A DNA stretch of 64,000 bases from a virus (Duplodnaviria; Caudoviricetes), in the IMG/VR virus record IMGVR_UViG_3300036802_000003, positions 32,001 to 96,000 of that record. One strand, 5' to 3'. This document shows positions 8,831 to 18,087 of the stretch, piece by piece; positions within the stretch are counted from its first letter, which is position 1; every line of letters begins with the position of its first letter. The position numbers and the translations under genes were made by a program. Under the pieces are notes generated by a model. The model saw only the letters and a program-made list of their open reading frames with translations. It was not told the origin of the DNA and made no database searches.

Positions 8831-9679
8831 ATGAATAGTGATAATATTGTAAGGACTCCTATTGTCGTAAATAGAAGTCCTATATCTGTATCTTTTTGTC
8901 ACTGCTACAATCAAAAAATCGTTAAGCACAATGACCACGCATATGCGGTGTTGGGAGATAGTATGAGTGTAGGTGACCTTAAAGACTACCTAATGTTAGA
9001 GTTACCAAATCCTATATACTTCACTCACCTAGTAAGCAACTGGGAAGAGAAGATTAATCTAGTGCTGGATAACAATACACCAGTGATTCTAAAGACAGGA
9101 AAGGCGATACCTATCTATCTTGTTAAGAAGATGGGGGAACAGAACCGCTCGACTTTGAGGGTTGTTATTAACTCTCTAGAGGACTCTGCACGAAAGTTGG
9201 TACAGCAGGAGTCCTCCGAGATGAAAGACATCAGGGAGATGATGTTTGTAGCAAAAGCGTGGAAAGTTTTCGTGTCGTGTCACGTAGATTACTTCCCTCA
9301 TATAATGAAGCCATTAGACTTATTGCAACTGGTGGAGATGAATAAAAGCTTGGTATCCTCTATTACGATAGACTTCCCAGCCTTTACAACGGAATTCTTA
9401 GAAGCAATGGTAGACCGATGGCAGATGATTAACCCACACTTTATGGAACATATCCAAAAGTACTATTTAAAAGATGAACACGGTATATATCAGCCTAGAT
9501 GTAAGGCTGAGACACTGTCTAAACTAGATAACTTTGTCAAGGGTAGACGTGTTAATATCATAGACCTTCCAGATCACAACGTTACAGAGTATCATACTGA
9601 AGAGCCACCATTTGGTATATCTTATGATAATCATGAACCAGTTACTTGTGGTAAATGTGGGAGACTTTTATATGCATAA
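8831..9679 (+). CDS. hypothetical protein, possibly a degenerate radical-SAM/SPL-like barrel
   Basis: RBS AGGAGG; VILKT, INSL and YFPHI segments resemble an SPL-like barrel; no CxxxCxxC. Confidence 0.5.
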   Translation: MNSDNIVRTPIVVNRSPISVSFCHCYNQKIVKHNDHAYAVLGDSMSVGDLKDYLMLELPNPIYFTHLVSNWEEKINLVLDNNTPVILKTGKAIPIYLVKKMGEQNRSTLRVVINSLEDSARKLVQQESSEMKDIREMMFVAKAWKVFVSCHVDYFPHIMKPLDLLQLVEMNKSLVSSITIDFPAFTTEFLEAMVDRWQMINPHFMEHIQKYYLKDEHGIYQPRCKAETLSKLDNFVKGRRVNIIDLPDHNVTEYHTEEPPFGISYDNHEPVTCGKCGRLLYA

Positions 9680-9680
9680 C

Positions 9681-9711
9681 AAAAAGGTAGCCCATTACAG
9701 GCTACCTTTTA
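9681..9711. terminator. bidirectional intrinsic terminator
   Basis: AAAAAGGTAGCC-loop-GGCTACCTTTT between convergent genes. Confidence 0.8.
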
Positions 9712-10519
9712 ATATTGAATTTATTATGCTTGTGAAGTCCTCATGTGTACCGCTCAAGAATCTAACCATCGAGCCATGTGTATAGTGCCTCATCTCATTT
9801 ACCCTTTTGGTAAATCCATTCTTAGTTAACAGTAGAACACGTGGAAACGTAGGATTCTTGAACACCCTTGCCCATTCCTTTTTAGCCCACTGTTTGGACA
9901 CATAGTAATCTTTGTAATTGTCAATCTTGTTCTTGATAACTGGTAACCTCTCCGTACCCATGTCGACCTCAATGCAGAATCCATATCCTTTACCCTTACA
10001 CTTAAATATGCAAACAATGTCGGGCTTAATGTAACTGTCATTAAAGTGGCACTTCTCTTCCGTCTCATAATATATCATCTCTCCCCCTAGTTCTCTAAGA
10101 ACTTCCTGTATCAAGCATTCACACTCATTAATGGCAACTCTGTGGTGAAACCCATCTACTAGTGTTCGCTGACCAGAAGAGTCATACTTGATTGGCTTGC
10201 TATATCGTTCTATATCCAGCAAGATTATTCCTGCCCTATCAATACATATGTGCTGTTGAGCACTTCCCTGCCCTAAAGGTACAGGAGGAACTATTCTATC
10301 TATCACATGCTTGTTGAACAGTATCTTCAACCTATTGTTAAGCCTTTCGGTGCTAGCAAATTCTGGGTAAAGGCGTTGTATCTGGTTTCTCTTTAGCACC
10401 CTCTTATCAGCCAGTAATCTTAACAACCCCATATCCCTCTCTGTAATGTTGTTGCAGTTATTGTAAACCCACTCTTTGGTAATCTGCTTTACCTCTGGAC
10501 GCTTATAAATACCTTTCAT
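9695..10519 (-). CDS. Replication-relaxation (Replic_Relax) family protein: wHTH plus restriction-endonuclease fold
   Basis: ITERD..LL..L, RL..L, HRVAINE, IKPD, IEVDMGTE, KIDNY, FPRVLLLT. Confidence 0.85.
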   Translation of the reverse strand: MKGIYKRPEVKQITKEWVYNNCNNITERDMGLLRLLADKRVLKRNQIQRLYPEFASTERLNNRLKILFNKHVIDRIVPPVPLGQGSAQQHICIDRAGIILLDIERYSKPIKYDSSGQRTLVDGFHHRVAINECECLIQEVLRELGGEMIYYETEEKCHFNDSYIKPDIVCIFKCKGKGYGFCIEVDMGTERLPVIKNKIDNYKDYYVSKQWAKKEWARVFKNPTFPRVLLLTKNGFTKRVNEMRHYTHGSMVRFLSGTHEDFTSIINSILKGSL

Positions 10520-10520
10520 A

Positions 10521-13256
10521 TCAGCCTTCCTCCAGTCCATCATCATTTAATACTTCCTCTAGTAATTCCATTATTTCCTCTGCACCTTCTTCATCACCAT
10601 CCTCTAGTAGCTTAGTTACTAGTGCACCAGCATCCTTTTCTAGTGTACGCAATTCCTCTTCATGTTGTTCTCTACGCTCATCTTCATCAATCTCAATAGG
10701 GGTGTTTTTTGGTGGGGTTTTGCCCTTCTTGATGTCTTCCTCTACTAACTCGACACTGAACTCCGCATTGTTCTTGTATCGGAACAACTCATTCAGCACT
10801 TCCTGTTTCGGTCTTCCCATAAGCTTTGCATTCTCATCGTATAAGTCATTATTGTTATACTTCTTGTATCTCTTTTCAGGCTCATTAATAGCCTTAACCA
10901 TAAATGGAGGAGTAGCTTCACCCTTCTTATTGTACATCTTTAGCTTGACGATTGCATGATGCTTAGGCATACCCTTTGCTATTTGGTCTGCACTAAACTC
11001 TGGTTGAATAACAGACTCCAGTTCTTTCAAGTTATCTCTATCTGTTTGGAATACTACATAGTGTGGACCAGCCTTACGTATCATCTTAGGCAAGGACTTA
11101 TCCATAGCCTTTAACTGCTCCCACCCATGGAACATAAATGTTAGACCACAACGGTACTTTCTATAACGAGTTAACATATTTCTCCAACGCTCACTACCTT
11201 TGATATAATGGTCTGGCTCATCTAGTATAATGAAGCATGGCTTACGGTCATCCTCTTCCTCGATATCCTCCCTGCTAATGATGGCAAGGTTGAATTTAGA
11301 TATTAAGAAGGATACCAATGCAGTCTGGTTCTCTTCTCCTAATGTCTCATTAGCCTTGACTAATACTAGGCAACCCTCATCCATCCACTTTCTGAAGTCT
11401 ACTATATATTCACCATTCTCATCCTTTTTAGGCTTCTGAAGTATGAAACTCTTTAGAGCCTTCTTACGCATTACAACCGCTAAACGTCTGAATGCTTGTT
11501 CATATATAGCTTTTCTGTCCTCTTTAGACATCTTCTCATGGAAGTACTCCCAATCACTACGCAACTCTGGGTCATCAATATGAGGAATAATGCTGGCACG
11601 GTACTCCGCATTACTCAGCATATTCTCTATATCCTGCAACGTTGCATCTGGAGTAGTGTATACTGCACGTACAGCATTCTCAACCCAGATTCTAGATGTC
11701 ATGCTTAACTCCGTACCTGCAACTAACTCAACGTATGACAGAATCTCTTCAGTAATTAAATCCTCAATAACATCAGCATTTCTACCTCTAAATATCTCAT
11801 TCCATCCTAACCCTACTGGGTTCTCTGAATTTAAGAAATCTATTATCTTTACCTTATGTCTCTTCTCTGGTGGAACTAGATTCAGTATCCTCTGTGCTAA
11901 CTTACCATCTGCCGCATCTACTACCATAGACCCATAACCTTTCTCCAGTGCATCTAGTGCAAAGCTAGCTGCAAAGGTAGACTTACCGCTACCTGGCTCT
12001 CCTATGACCACACGTGACATACACAGTAGGTTAGGGTTATCTCCTGCGAAGTATACTGTCTTAGTTTCACCATCTGTGTCCTCATATGTCGCAAACGGTA
12101 TACCCTTACCATCATCCTCAAATATTTCCTTAGGAATATCTGCTGAACTTCTATGCTGAACAGTATCTAGCTCATTTTGGTGCTCCATTTGTAGTACTTG
12201 GTCTGGTACCTGTATAATCTTAGCTAACTCTAGGGAGCATAGCTCATCTCCATTCATCTTAACAACCATCTTACGGTCTCTAATATTCTTGAGGGCTTTA
12301 ATTTTGTCTCTACCCTCTACTTCTTTCGCCACTAGTTTGTTATCCCCTTCTAAAGGGTGGAAACCTGCTGTAAGGCTTCTCGTGATAGCTCTACGTCTAT
12401 CTTCATCATCAGATATAGCTATTGCATTAAAGTTAATCTTGAACCCCTCACTATACTTCTTACGTAGTGAGGATTTAGAACGTCCCTCATGTGCCTTTCG
12501 CTTTAGCGACTCTCTAAATTCAGTATTCATCTCCCATCCAGGTATGAGGAAATCTCCTACTATGTTCATAAGTTCTTCAAGAACAAGACCCATGACGTTA
12601 GCCAAGCCCACCAAGACGTTTTTTGATGTAAACATCGTACCTTTTTTCTTAGGGATGACGTTCTTCTCCTTGATATTTTCACCAATCCCAACCATAGTCT
12701 CATTCCAAGACTCACCAAGCGGTCTCATCCCTAGTTGTAGTATCGCATAATCCTCATCCTTGAGATAGTTTGTAGTCGTCAGGATAGAGTCAAGTGGGGT
12801 ATACTTAGGGTTCTCCATGTCCAAGGCTAGTGCTGGGTGATTCTGCAAGGACATTTTGGTAACACTAGTATTGTCCATGTGAAGGTTAGGCAGAGGGTCT
12901 TTCACCTCCCTCACCGTAGAACGTTTCCAGCATCTTCTTATCTGCCTAGTAAGTGCATCCTTTAAATGGTCTTTATCAGGTATAACCAAATAGAACTTTA
13001 CCTGACCTTTGTGTATGACCACTTCCCACCATATATTCATCTCTGGAGTGTATATAAGTCTACCACCTCCAAAGTTTATACGCTTGTTTAGTGGAGTAAA
13101 CAATGTTGCAAACTCTGTTATAAGCCATCTAACCCCTGCATTGGACGTCATCTTACTAGGAATAACCTCCAGTGTCACATACTGTATTTCCTCTTTCTCT
13201 ACTAAACGTATCTTCTCCTTAGTAGTTGGATTAACAATATTAACCTCTGGTTGCAT
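10521..13256 (-). CDS. VirB4/VirD4 (TraG/TrwB-HerA-FtsK superfamily) ATPase, 911 aa
   Basis: Walker A GEPGSGKST, VVDAADG, Walker B IILDEP, RKYR arginine-finger region. Confidence 0.85.
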   Translation of the reverse strand: MQPEVNIVNPTTKEKIRLVEKEEIQYVTLEVIPSKMTSNAGVRWLITEFATLFTPLNKRINFGGGRLIYTPEMNIWWEVVIHKGQVKFYLVIPDKDHLKDALTRQIRRCWKRSTVREVKDPLPNLHMDNTSVTKMSLQNHPALALDMENPKYTPLDSILTTTNYLKDEDYAILQLGMRPLGESWNETMVGIGENIKEKNVIPKKKGTMFTSKNVLVGLANVMGLVLEELMNIVGDFLIPGWEMNTEFRESLKRKAHEGRSKSSLRKKYSEGFKINFNAIAISDDEDRRRAITRSLTAGFHPLEGDNKLVAKEVEGRDKIKALKNIRDRKMVVKMNGDELCSLELAKIIQVPDQVLQMEHQNELDTVQHRSSADIPKEIFEDDGKGIPFATYEDTDGETKTVYFAGDNPNLLCMSRVVIGEPGSGKSTFAASFALDALEKGYGSMVVDAADGKLAQRILNLVPPEKRHKVKIIDFLNSENPVGLGWNEIFRGRNADVIEDLITEEILSYVELVAGTELSMTSRIWVENAVRAVYTTPDATLQDIENMLSNAEYRASIIPHIDDPELRSDWEYFHEKMSKEDRKAIYEQAFRRLAVVMRKKALKSFILQKPKKDENGEYIVDFRKWMDEGCLVLVKANETLGEENQTALVSFLISKFNLAIISREDIEEEDDRKPCFIILDEPDHYIKGSERWRNMLTRYRKYRCGLTFMFHGWEQLKAMDKSLPKMIRKAGPHYVVFQTDRDNLKELESVIQPEFSADQIAKGMPKHHAIVKLKMYNKKGEATPPFMVKAINEPEKRYKKYNNNDLYDENAKLMGRPKQEVLNELFRYKNNAEFSVELVEEDIKKGKTPPKNTPIEIDEDERREQHEEELRTLEKDAGALVTKLLEDGDEEGAEEIMELLEEVLNDDGLEEG

Positions 13257-13267
13257 CTTAATCCCTC

Positions 13268-13468
13268 CTATTTAAACCATCCTTGCATAAATTCTGGTAA
13301 CACGTACATCATCTCTTCCCTAGCCTTCTCACCTATAGACTCAAACGTTGCATCAAAGATACCACCCATTATACCACCAATGAACTTTAGACCATTCCCA
13401 GATAGCTCTGGTACTGCTAGAGACACCACCACATATATACAAGAGTATGCTAACTTCCTTATCTCCAT
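13268..13468 (-). CDS. small membrane protein (66 aa)
   Basis: RBS GGAGG; hydrophobic N-terminus; packed in operon. Confidence 0.7.
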   Translation of the reverse strand: MEIRKLAYSCIYVVVSLAVPELSGNGLKFIGGIMGGIFDATFESIGEKAREEMMYVLPEFMQGWFK

Positions 13469-13469
13469 A

Positions 13470-13613
13470 TTAGTGACCTCCCATCCACATACCCATCAGC
13501 ACTTTGACAGTCTTATATGCCACTTGATATGAGAATCCAGGAGCTATATACTCGATGGCTCCCATTATCAAGAGCGTCTTAGCTATACTTCCAACCAGCT
13601 TAACCCAGAACAT
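13470..13613 (-). CDS. small membrane protein (47 aa, not in ORF track)
   Basis: GGAGG RBS; MFWVKLVGSIAKTLLIMGAIEYIAPGFSYQVAYKTVKVLMGMWMGGH. Confidence 0.7.
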   Translation of the reverse strand: MFWVKLVGSIAKTLLIMGAIEYIAPGFSYQVAYKTVKVLMGMWMGGH

Positions 13614-13614
13614 A

Positions 13615-13749
13615 TTATTGTACCTCCAAGAGTACTTCTACTGCCTTATTAACTGACCATGTTAACACCTTGATAGTCACCATACCTGCTGTAACCAACC
13701 CTGCACCAACAACATACAACACTTTATTGCTTACTGGTTTCTTTTCCAT
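13615..13749 (-). CDS. small membrane protein (44 aa, not in ORF track)
   Basis: GGAGGGG RBS; MEKKPVSNKVLYVVGAGLVTAGMVTIKVLTWSVNKAVEVLLEVQ. Confidence 0.7.
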   Translation of the reverse strand: MEKKPVSNKVLYVVGAGLVTAGMVTIKVLTWSVNKAVEVLLEVQ

Positions 13750-13760
13750 CTGAACCCCTC

Positions 13761-14141
13761 CTATTGAAATTGTTTAGTATTCATGCTTAAAGCTTTGTCT
13801 AGGTCTATCTCCTTGTCTTGCTGTACAAGTATCTTTGGCTTGGATTCTTTTATCTGAGGTGCAGGCTTCTTATCTGACACTGGGAGATGAGGTTTCTGAT
13901 GTGATACTTTTTTCTTAGTTTTACTAGGGTTCTCTGGTCTCTGATGTGATTTGATAGGAGTCTGTGACATTATCTCTGATGTGATGTTATCATATAACCT
14001 CTGTGACAGCTTTGGGTCATGCTCTACTGCAAATAGTACACACTCTCTGATAAATCTACTTCTATCCCTCATATCATCCAAGTGTGCTTCCAGCCATTCT
14101 GTAGACTTAGTTGTTCTGAATGTATACTGTTTATCAGCCAT
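13761..14141 (-). CDS. ribbon-helix-helix DNA-binding protein (ParR-like adaptor)
   Basis: YTFRT strand + helix + RSRFIRECV; disordered tail; follows the actin gene. Confidence 0.7.
   Translation of the reverse strand: MADKQYTFRTTKSTEWLEAHLDDMRDRSRFIRECVLFAVEHDPKLSQRLYDNITSEIMSQTPIKSHQRPENPSKTKKKVSHQKPHLPVSDKKPAPQIKESKPKILVQQDKEIDLDKALSMNTKQFQ
13895..14008. repeat. short direct repeats inside the RHH gene
   Basis: TCTGATGTGAT at 13895, 13940, 13975; TCTGTGACA at 13961, 14000. Confidence 0.7.
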
Positions 14142-14142
14142 A

Positions 14143-15180
14143 TCACACACCCCTAATCAGATTTCTAATACCCCATTTGTGATACCCCTTAGCTACTGCA
14201 AACTGACCATTCTGTGATAGTTCTGTGTTCGGAAAGTGGTCTTTCATATGAGGATATAGTGAAGCTCCTCCCCCACCAGCAAATATTATTTTATCTAGGA
14301 AGTTAATCTCATCCTTCCAGAAGTTATGCAGTCTGTTAGTGATGTCGTAGGCTACATTCTCGTAAGCCCAGTCTATTGTTGGAGCCATGTCATACACCTT
14401 AGTTCCAGACTTCAATACTCTGCTCTGTACTACATGCTCTGCTTTGTACAGTGGGAAGTTTACTCCTGTGTGGTCTAATATATTATCTGAGACAACTTGG
14501 TTTACCGAATTCATAGCAACGCTGAAGCTAGTAGTCAGATGCTCAATGTTATTGAAGACCTCACACACATAGATGTCTGTAGTTCCAAACCCTATATCAA
14601 CTACTGCTACCCTTGACTTAGCTAAGTTTGTATCTGCTATCTCACCTTTATCATCCAATATTCTGTCCATTAATGCTCCAAATGGTTGTGGTACGAATAG
14701 ACCTTTCCTACCCTTAACTGATCCATTTACTCTTATACCAGAGGACTCTATATTGTACTCATGCTTATTGTCCATAAACAGGCTCCTAATAGCTTCCTTG
14801 TATTCATCAAAGTGGCTAACTGGTAGACCTGATACAAAGTTAGTTTCCTTTGCTCCACCATTCATCCCTAGACCGAGGATAGTCCCTAATAATATCTTTG
14901 TAACCTCACTATCAAAGCGGTCACTCGTCAGAGAGTGTTTAACGATTCTAGATTGAGTTATTGCTAAGTCCGATACAAAGTGTACACCTTGTGAATCTCT
15001 GTATTCTATGTCGTCATGCTTTTTGTCTACCGCAAACGAGTCTGTTACACTCCTGTTGAAATCCTTTAGCTTTCTATCTTTCCCTACACCTACAACCGAC
15101 TTGATTATGATTGGCTTACCATTGATAATCCCTTTTGTATACATAAACCCTAAGTCAGCCACCGTAACTGCTTTACTCAT
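14143..15180 (-). CDS. ParM/StbA-family actin-like ATPase
   Basis: DLGFMYTK, SGLP, VPQP, VDIGFGTTD, FAGGG. Confidence 0.9.
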   Translation of the reverse strand: MSKAVTVADLGFMYTKGIINGKPIIIKSVVGVGKDRKLKDFNRSVTDSFAVDKKHDDIEYRDSQGVHFVSDLAITQSRIVKHSLTSDRFDSEVTKILLGTILGLGMNGGAKETNFVSGLPVSHFDEYKEAIRSLFMDNKHEYNIESSGIRVNGSVKGRKGLFVPQPFGALMDRILDDKGEIADTNLAKSRVAVVDIGFGTTDIYVCEVFNNIEHLTTSFSVAMNSVNQVVSDNILDHTGVNFPLYKAEHVVQSRVLKSGTKVYDMAPTIDWAYENVAYDITNRLHNFWKDEINFLDKIIFAGGGGASLYPHMKDHFPNTELSQNGQFAVAKGYHKWGIRNLIRGV

Positions 15181-15193
15181 ATCTGATTCCCCC

Positions 15194-15670
15194 TTAGAAA
15201 GATATAGATGAACGGATGATATTCGAAATCCAGCGTAGCATTTGGAACATAGTAGGTAACATTGAGATTCCAATATAAGCGTACCCTACGTTCTTAATTC
15301 TGTTCCATCCAGCATCCTTACTCTTACCTGTTGCCATCATGATAAACCCTATCAGAGCGTAGAACCAAAGTATTGGCTCTGCTATTGCAGTGAATATATC
15401 AACTATATCCATGAACCCTCTGCGTAGGTCGTTGGCATTTTGAGTAGCTGCAAATGCATGTGTAGCTCTCATCCCTAGTCTAGTAACGATTGCTGTAGGT
15501 AGAATCATCTCTCCGAACCATCTAACCAAGGACTTTCTACCCTGCTCTAGTTCTCCAGCATGTCGTGATTTATTTTCGTATTGAGGTTCTATGAAATCCC
15601 ACTTAATTACTTCTGGCTTCTTAACGTTGCTCACTTGAATGCCTTTACCCGTAGTTACCAATTGCGTCAT
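15194..15670 (-). CDS. membrane protein, TrbC/VirB2 pilin-like
   Basis: AFAA cleavage-like motif followed by two TM helices separated by a short basic loop. Confidence 0.55.
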   Translation of the reverse strand: MTQLVTTGKGIQVSNVKKPEVIKWDFIEPQYENKSRHAGELEQGRKSLVRWFGEMILPTAIVTRLGMRATHAFAATQNANDLRRGFMDIVDIFTAIAEPILWFYALIGFIMMATGKSKDAGWNRIKNVGYAYIGISMLPTMFQMLRWISNIIRSSISF

Positions 15671-15820
15671 CATAATCTCCTCCATACTCATTGATTTCCG
15701 CAACCCAGAGCGGAGACACCCCAAAGTAAGAAAAAATGTTTCGGTTTTGCTGGAGAGTGGGACACCTAGAGAATCAAAGGGTGTACTAGCATTGCCCCCT
15801 CATTACCAAAAAGTGACGGT

Positions 15821-15846
15821 GGGTCGTTTCGGGGGGTCGTTTCGGG
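15821..15846. repeat. tandem direct repeat upstream of the inverted operon
   Basis: GGTCGTTTCGGG twice; partial TGTTTCGG near 15737. Confidence 0.6.
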
Positions 15847-15977
15847 TTTGCTTTAACTTTACGTTGGTCTAGCTTGTCACATTACTAGGGACGAGTTCAA
15901 TGCCATTGCTTCCTGCTAATACGGAAGAATATTCCTGTCGTGGATTGGGGAAATCTAAGTTCAGGGGGTGGCTATCA

Positions 15978-16079
15978 ATGGAAGAGAAGAAAGCACTAGG
16001 TGAACGTATCTTTGACTTTTCAATAAGAGGGCTTATAGTACTCTATTTCATAAAAGCGGCAGTGGAAGTATTTGGCTAG
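15978..16079 (+). CDS. 33-aa single-TM peptide
   Basis: RBS AGGGGGTG; MEEKKALGERIFDFSIRGLIVLYFIKAAVEVFG. Confidence 0.6.
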   Translation: MEEKKALGERIFDFSIRGLIVLYFIKAAVEVFG

Positions 16080-16123
16080 AACACCGAGGAATCCCCACGG
16101 AGGGGAGGGAAAAAAGAAAAAGG

Positions 16124-16240
16124 AAGAGAGAGCAACGCACTACGAACTGGCATAGTGAATAGTATAGGGAAGTGAAGATACCTCGATTTCATGACTCTGT
16201 AGCTGATTCCCTAGTTTCGTAGCTACCTTGTGTCTCTCTT
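16124..16240. ncRNA. candidate long irregular hairpin RNA
   Basis: nested pairs AAGAGAGA/TCTCTCTT, CTACGAA/TTCGTAG, TAGGGAA/TTCCCTA. Confidence 0.45.
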
Positions 16241-16310
16241 TTACTGTGTATTATACTATAGTCTCCTCCATGATAATTTATTATAGACAAGTTATTTTGG
16301 AGGTGTAGGA

Positions 16311-16622
16311 ATGGCTATTAACAAATATATCCATGATGTAAATGCTTATGTGGAGCAACAAAAACGCTACGGAACTGACAGTGTTAAGGTTGAGCTGGAT
16401 GACACTAATAACAAGGTTACTGTTGCATTGATTGATGCATACAACAACCCTGTTGCAGGTGCACCACTATTGGTAGATGAGAAATTACCTGATGCACGTA
16501 AAGCTGTCAAGTTCTATGAAGAGATGATTCACCAGTTAGAGCAAGGTGATATCATCCGTAACCTACAGACTACTGGGAAACCAACATCTGGTGGATACAA
16601 CGATAATAACAGTCGCTACTAA
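16311..16622 (+). CDS. hypothetical protein (monocistronic, possibly virion)
   Basis: GGAGGTG RBS, own terminator. Confidence 0.75.
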   Translation: MAINKYIHDVNAYVEQQKRYGTDSVKVELDDTNNKVTVALIDAYNNPVAGAPLLVDEKLPDARKAVKFYEEMIHQLEQGDIIRNLQTTGKPTSGGYNDNNSRY

Positions 16623-16631
16623 GCAACGCTT

Positions 16632-16660
16632 AAAAGAGTACCCTTTGGGTACTCTTTTTA
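16632..16660 (+). terminator. intrinsic terminator
   Basis: AAAAGAGTACCC-TTT-GGGTACTCTTTTT. Confidence 0.85.
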
Positions 16661-16772
16661 TTTTTGTCTTTTTTATTAAAAGGAGTATTTAAAAATTTTC
16701 TTTAAATTTTTAAGAATTTTAAGTATACTTTTAAAATTTTTAGTAAGTAAGGGACTAGGTTAGCCATACGGA

Positions 16773-16812
16773 CGGAGACAACTTTGGGTTTGGGGGCTTT
16801 TATTAAGCGAAC
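16773..16812 (+). promoter_or_regulatory. middle promoter
   Basis: CGGAGACA...TTTTATTAAGCGAAC. Confidence 0.55.
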
Positions 16813-16834
16813 TCAACCAAAGGAGGAATTTAAT

Positions 16835-18004
16835 ATGGCTGAAATATTTACAGGCAATAACCCATCCCAAATGTACATGGATGCACTGTTTACACTATGT
16901 TTAGAAGGTGACATTGTAAAGCCACGTGGCAAAGCGGTAAAGGAGATTCGTCCAGTAATCCTAGAGTTTACTGAACCTGCTAACCGTTTAACATTCTTGT
17001 TAGGACGTGTGGTAAATCCATTCTTCCAACTAGCTGAATCTACAGTGTGGATTCCAGGTGGTAGAAGTGACGTAGCATGGTTGCTAGACTACAATGCTAG
17101 CATGGAACAGTTCTCTGATGATGGAGTATACTTCAATGCCCCATATGGTGAGCGTTTACGACACTGGAACAAGAGTGATGCGAATAACTTTATCCTGAAT
17201 CCTTTTGACCAGTTATACGATGTGTATGAGAAGCTTAAAGCTGACCCTGACACACGCCAAGCAGTAGCAGTAATTTATAACCCTATCTTCGACCATGCAC
17301 GCAATGAGACGAAAGATAGACCATGTAACCTTCTCTTGACTTTCAAGATACGTAAAGGTAAACTAGACTTAACAGTTATGAACCGTAGTAATGACTTGCA
17401 TTGGGGTACATTTGGTGCTAACCTTTGTCAATTTGCTACTATTCTAGAGTGTATGGCAAGCTGGTTAGGAATTCCAATGGGAACATACAACCAGATTACT
17501 GACTCTCTTCATATCTATCTTGAGGATTATGGTGCAAAAGAGACTGATAAAGTACTAAACGCATATGGGTTAACTACTAACACATTGGTGGGACGTGACG
17601 TACCACAAGTACAACAGTTCACATTCTTCAACGAGCCTAGAATGTCTAGTAATTTCGATGAGTTCCATGATATTCTAGAGTATTTCTTTGAAGAAATTGA
17701 TCCTCTGTTTAGCCTACCTGGAACTTATGTGAATGGTAACTGGAGTGATGTGTTAGACCGCATTCACGGTATCGAGGATGACTACCTAAGAATGTCATTC
17801 TTTGCAATGTTTGCCTACCGAGCACATAAGCGTGGTAGCTGGAACGTGATGGTAGACGCACTAGATAGTATGCCTTCCTGCTCTTGGAAGCTGTCTTGTC
17901 TACGATTCTTGTATCCTAAATATAAGGACTTGTTAGATTTCCAAGCTTTATACGAGGGCTGGGATTACGACAAAGTTCTTTACATCGAACGCACAAACGG
18001 ATAA
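16835..18004 (+). CDS. thymidylate-synthase-fold dUMP hydroxymethylase (SPO1 gp29-like)
   Basis: PC catalytic motif, NRSNDLHWGTFGAN (Asn = dUMP type), SLHIY; linked to TF1 and polymerase. Confidence 0.8.
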   Translation: MAEIFTGNNPSQMYMDALFTLCLEGDIVKPRGKAVKEIRPVILEFTEPANRLTFLLGRVVNPFFQLAESTVWIPGGRSDVAWLLDYNASMEQFSDDGVYFNAPYGERLRHWNKSDANNFILNPFDQLYDVYEKLKADPDTRQAVAVIYNPIFDHARNETKDRPCNLLLTFKIRKGKLDLTVMNRSNDLHWGTFGANLCQFATILECMASWLGIPMGTYNQITDSLHIYLEDYGAKETDKVLNAYGLTTNTLVGRDVPQVQQFTFFNEPRMSSNFDEFHDILEYFFEEIDPLFSLPGTYVNGNWSDVLDRIHGIEDDYLRMSFFAMFAYRAHKRGSWNVMVDALDSMPSCSWKLSCLRFLYPKYKDLLDFQALYEGWDYDKVLYIERTNG

Positions 18005-18087
18005 CACAGGGGAGAGAATTCAGGACACTTCCTCTTTTTTCAAAGCGAACGGACGATTGGTCTGTTCGCTATATTTTTGGAGAGGGA

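Noticed and set aside
9695-15670. Complete conjugative T4SS or integrated plasmid/ICE
   Set aside because: No VirB6/VirB8, wall hydrolase, HUH relaxase, integrase or att-like flanks; sequence style matches the rest of the phage
16835-18004. Ordinary thymidylate synthase ThyA or dCMP hydroxymethylase
   Set aside because: Lacks the G.PFN motif of ThyA and has Asn, not Asp, at the specificity position; context favours dUMP hydroxymethylase
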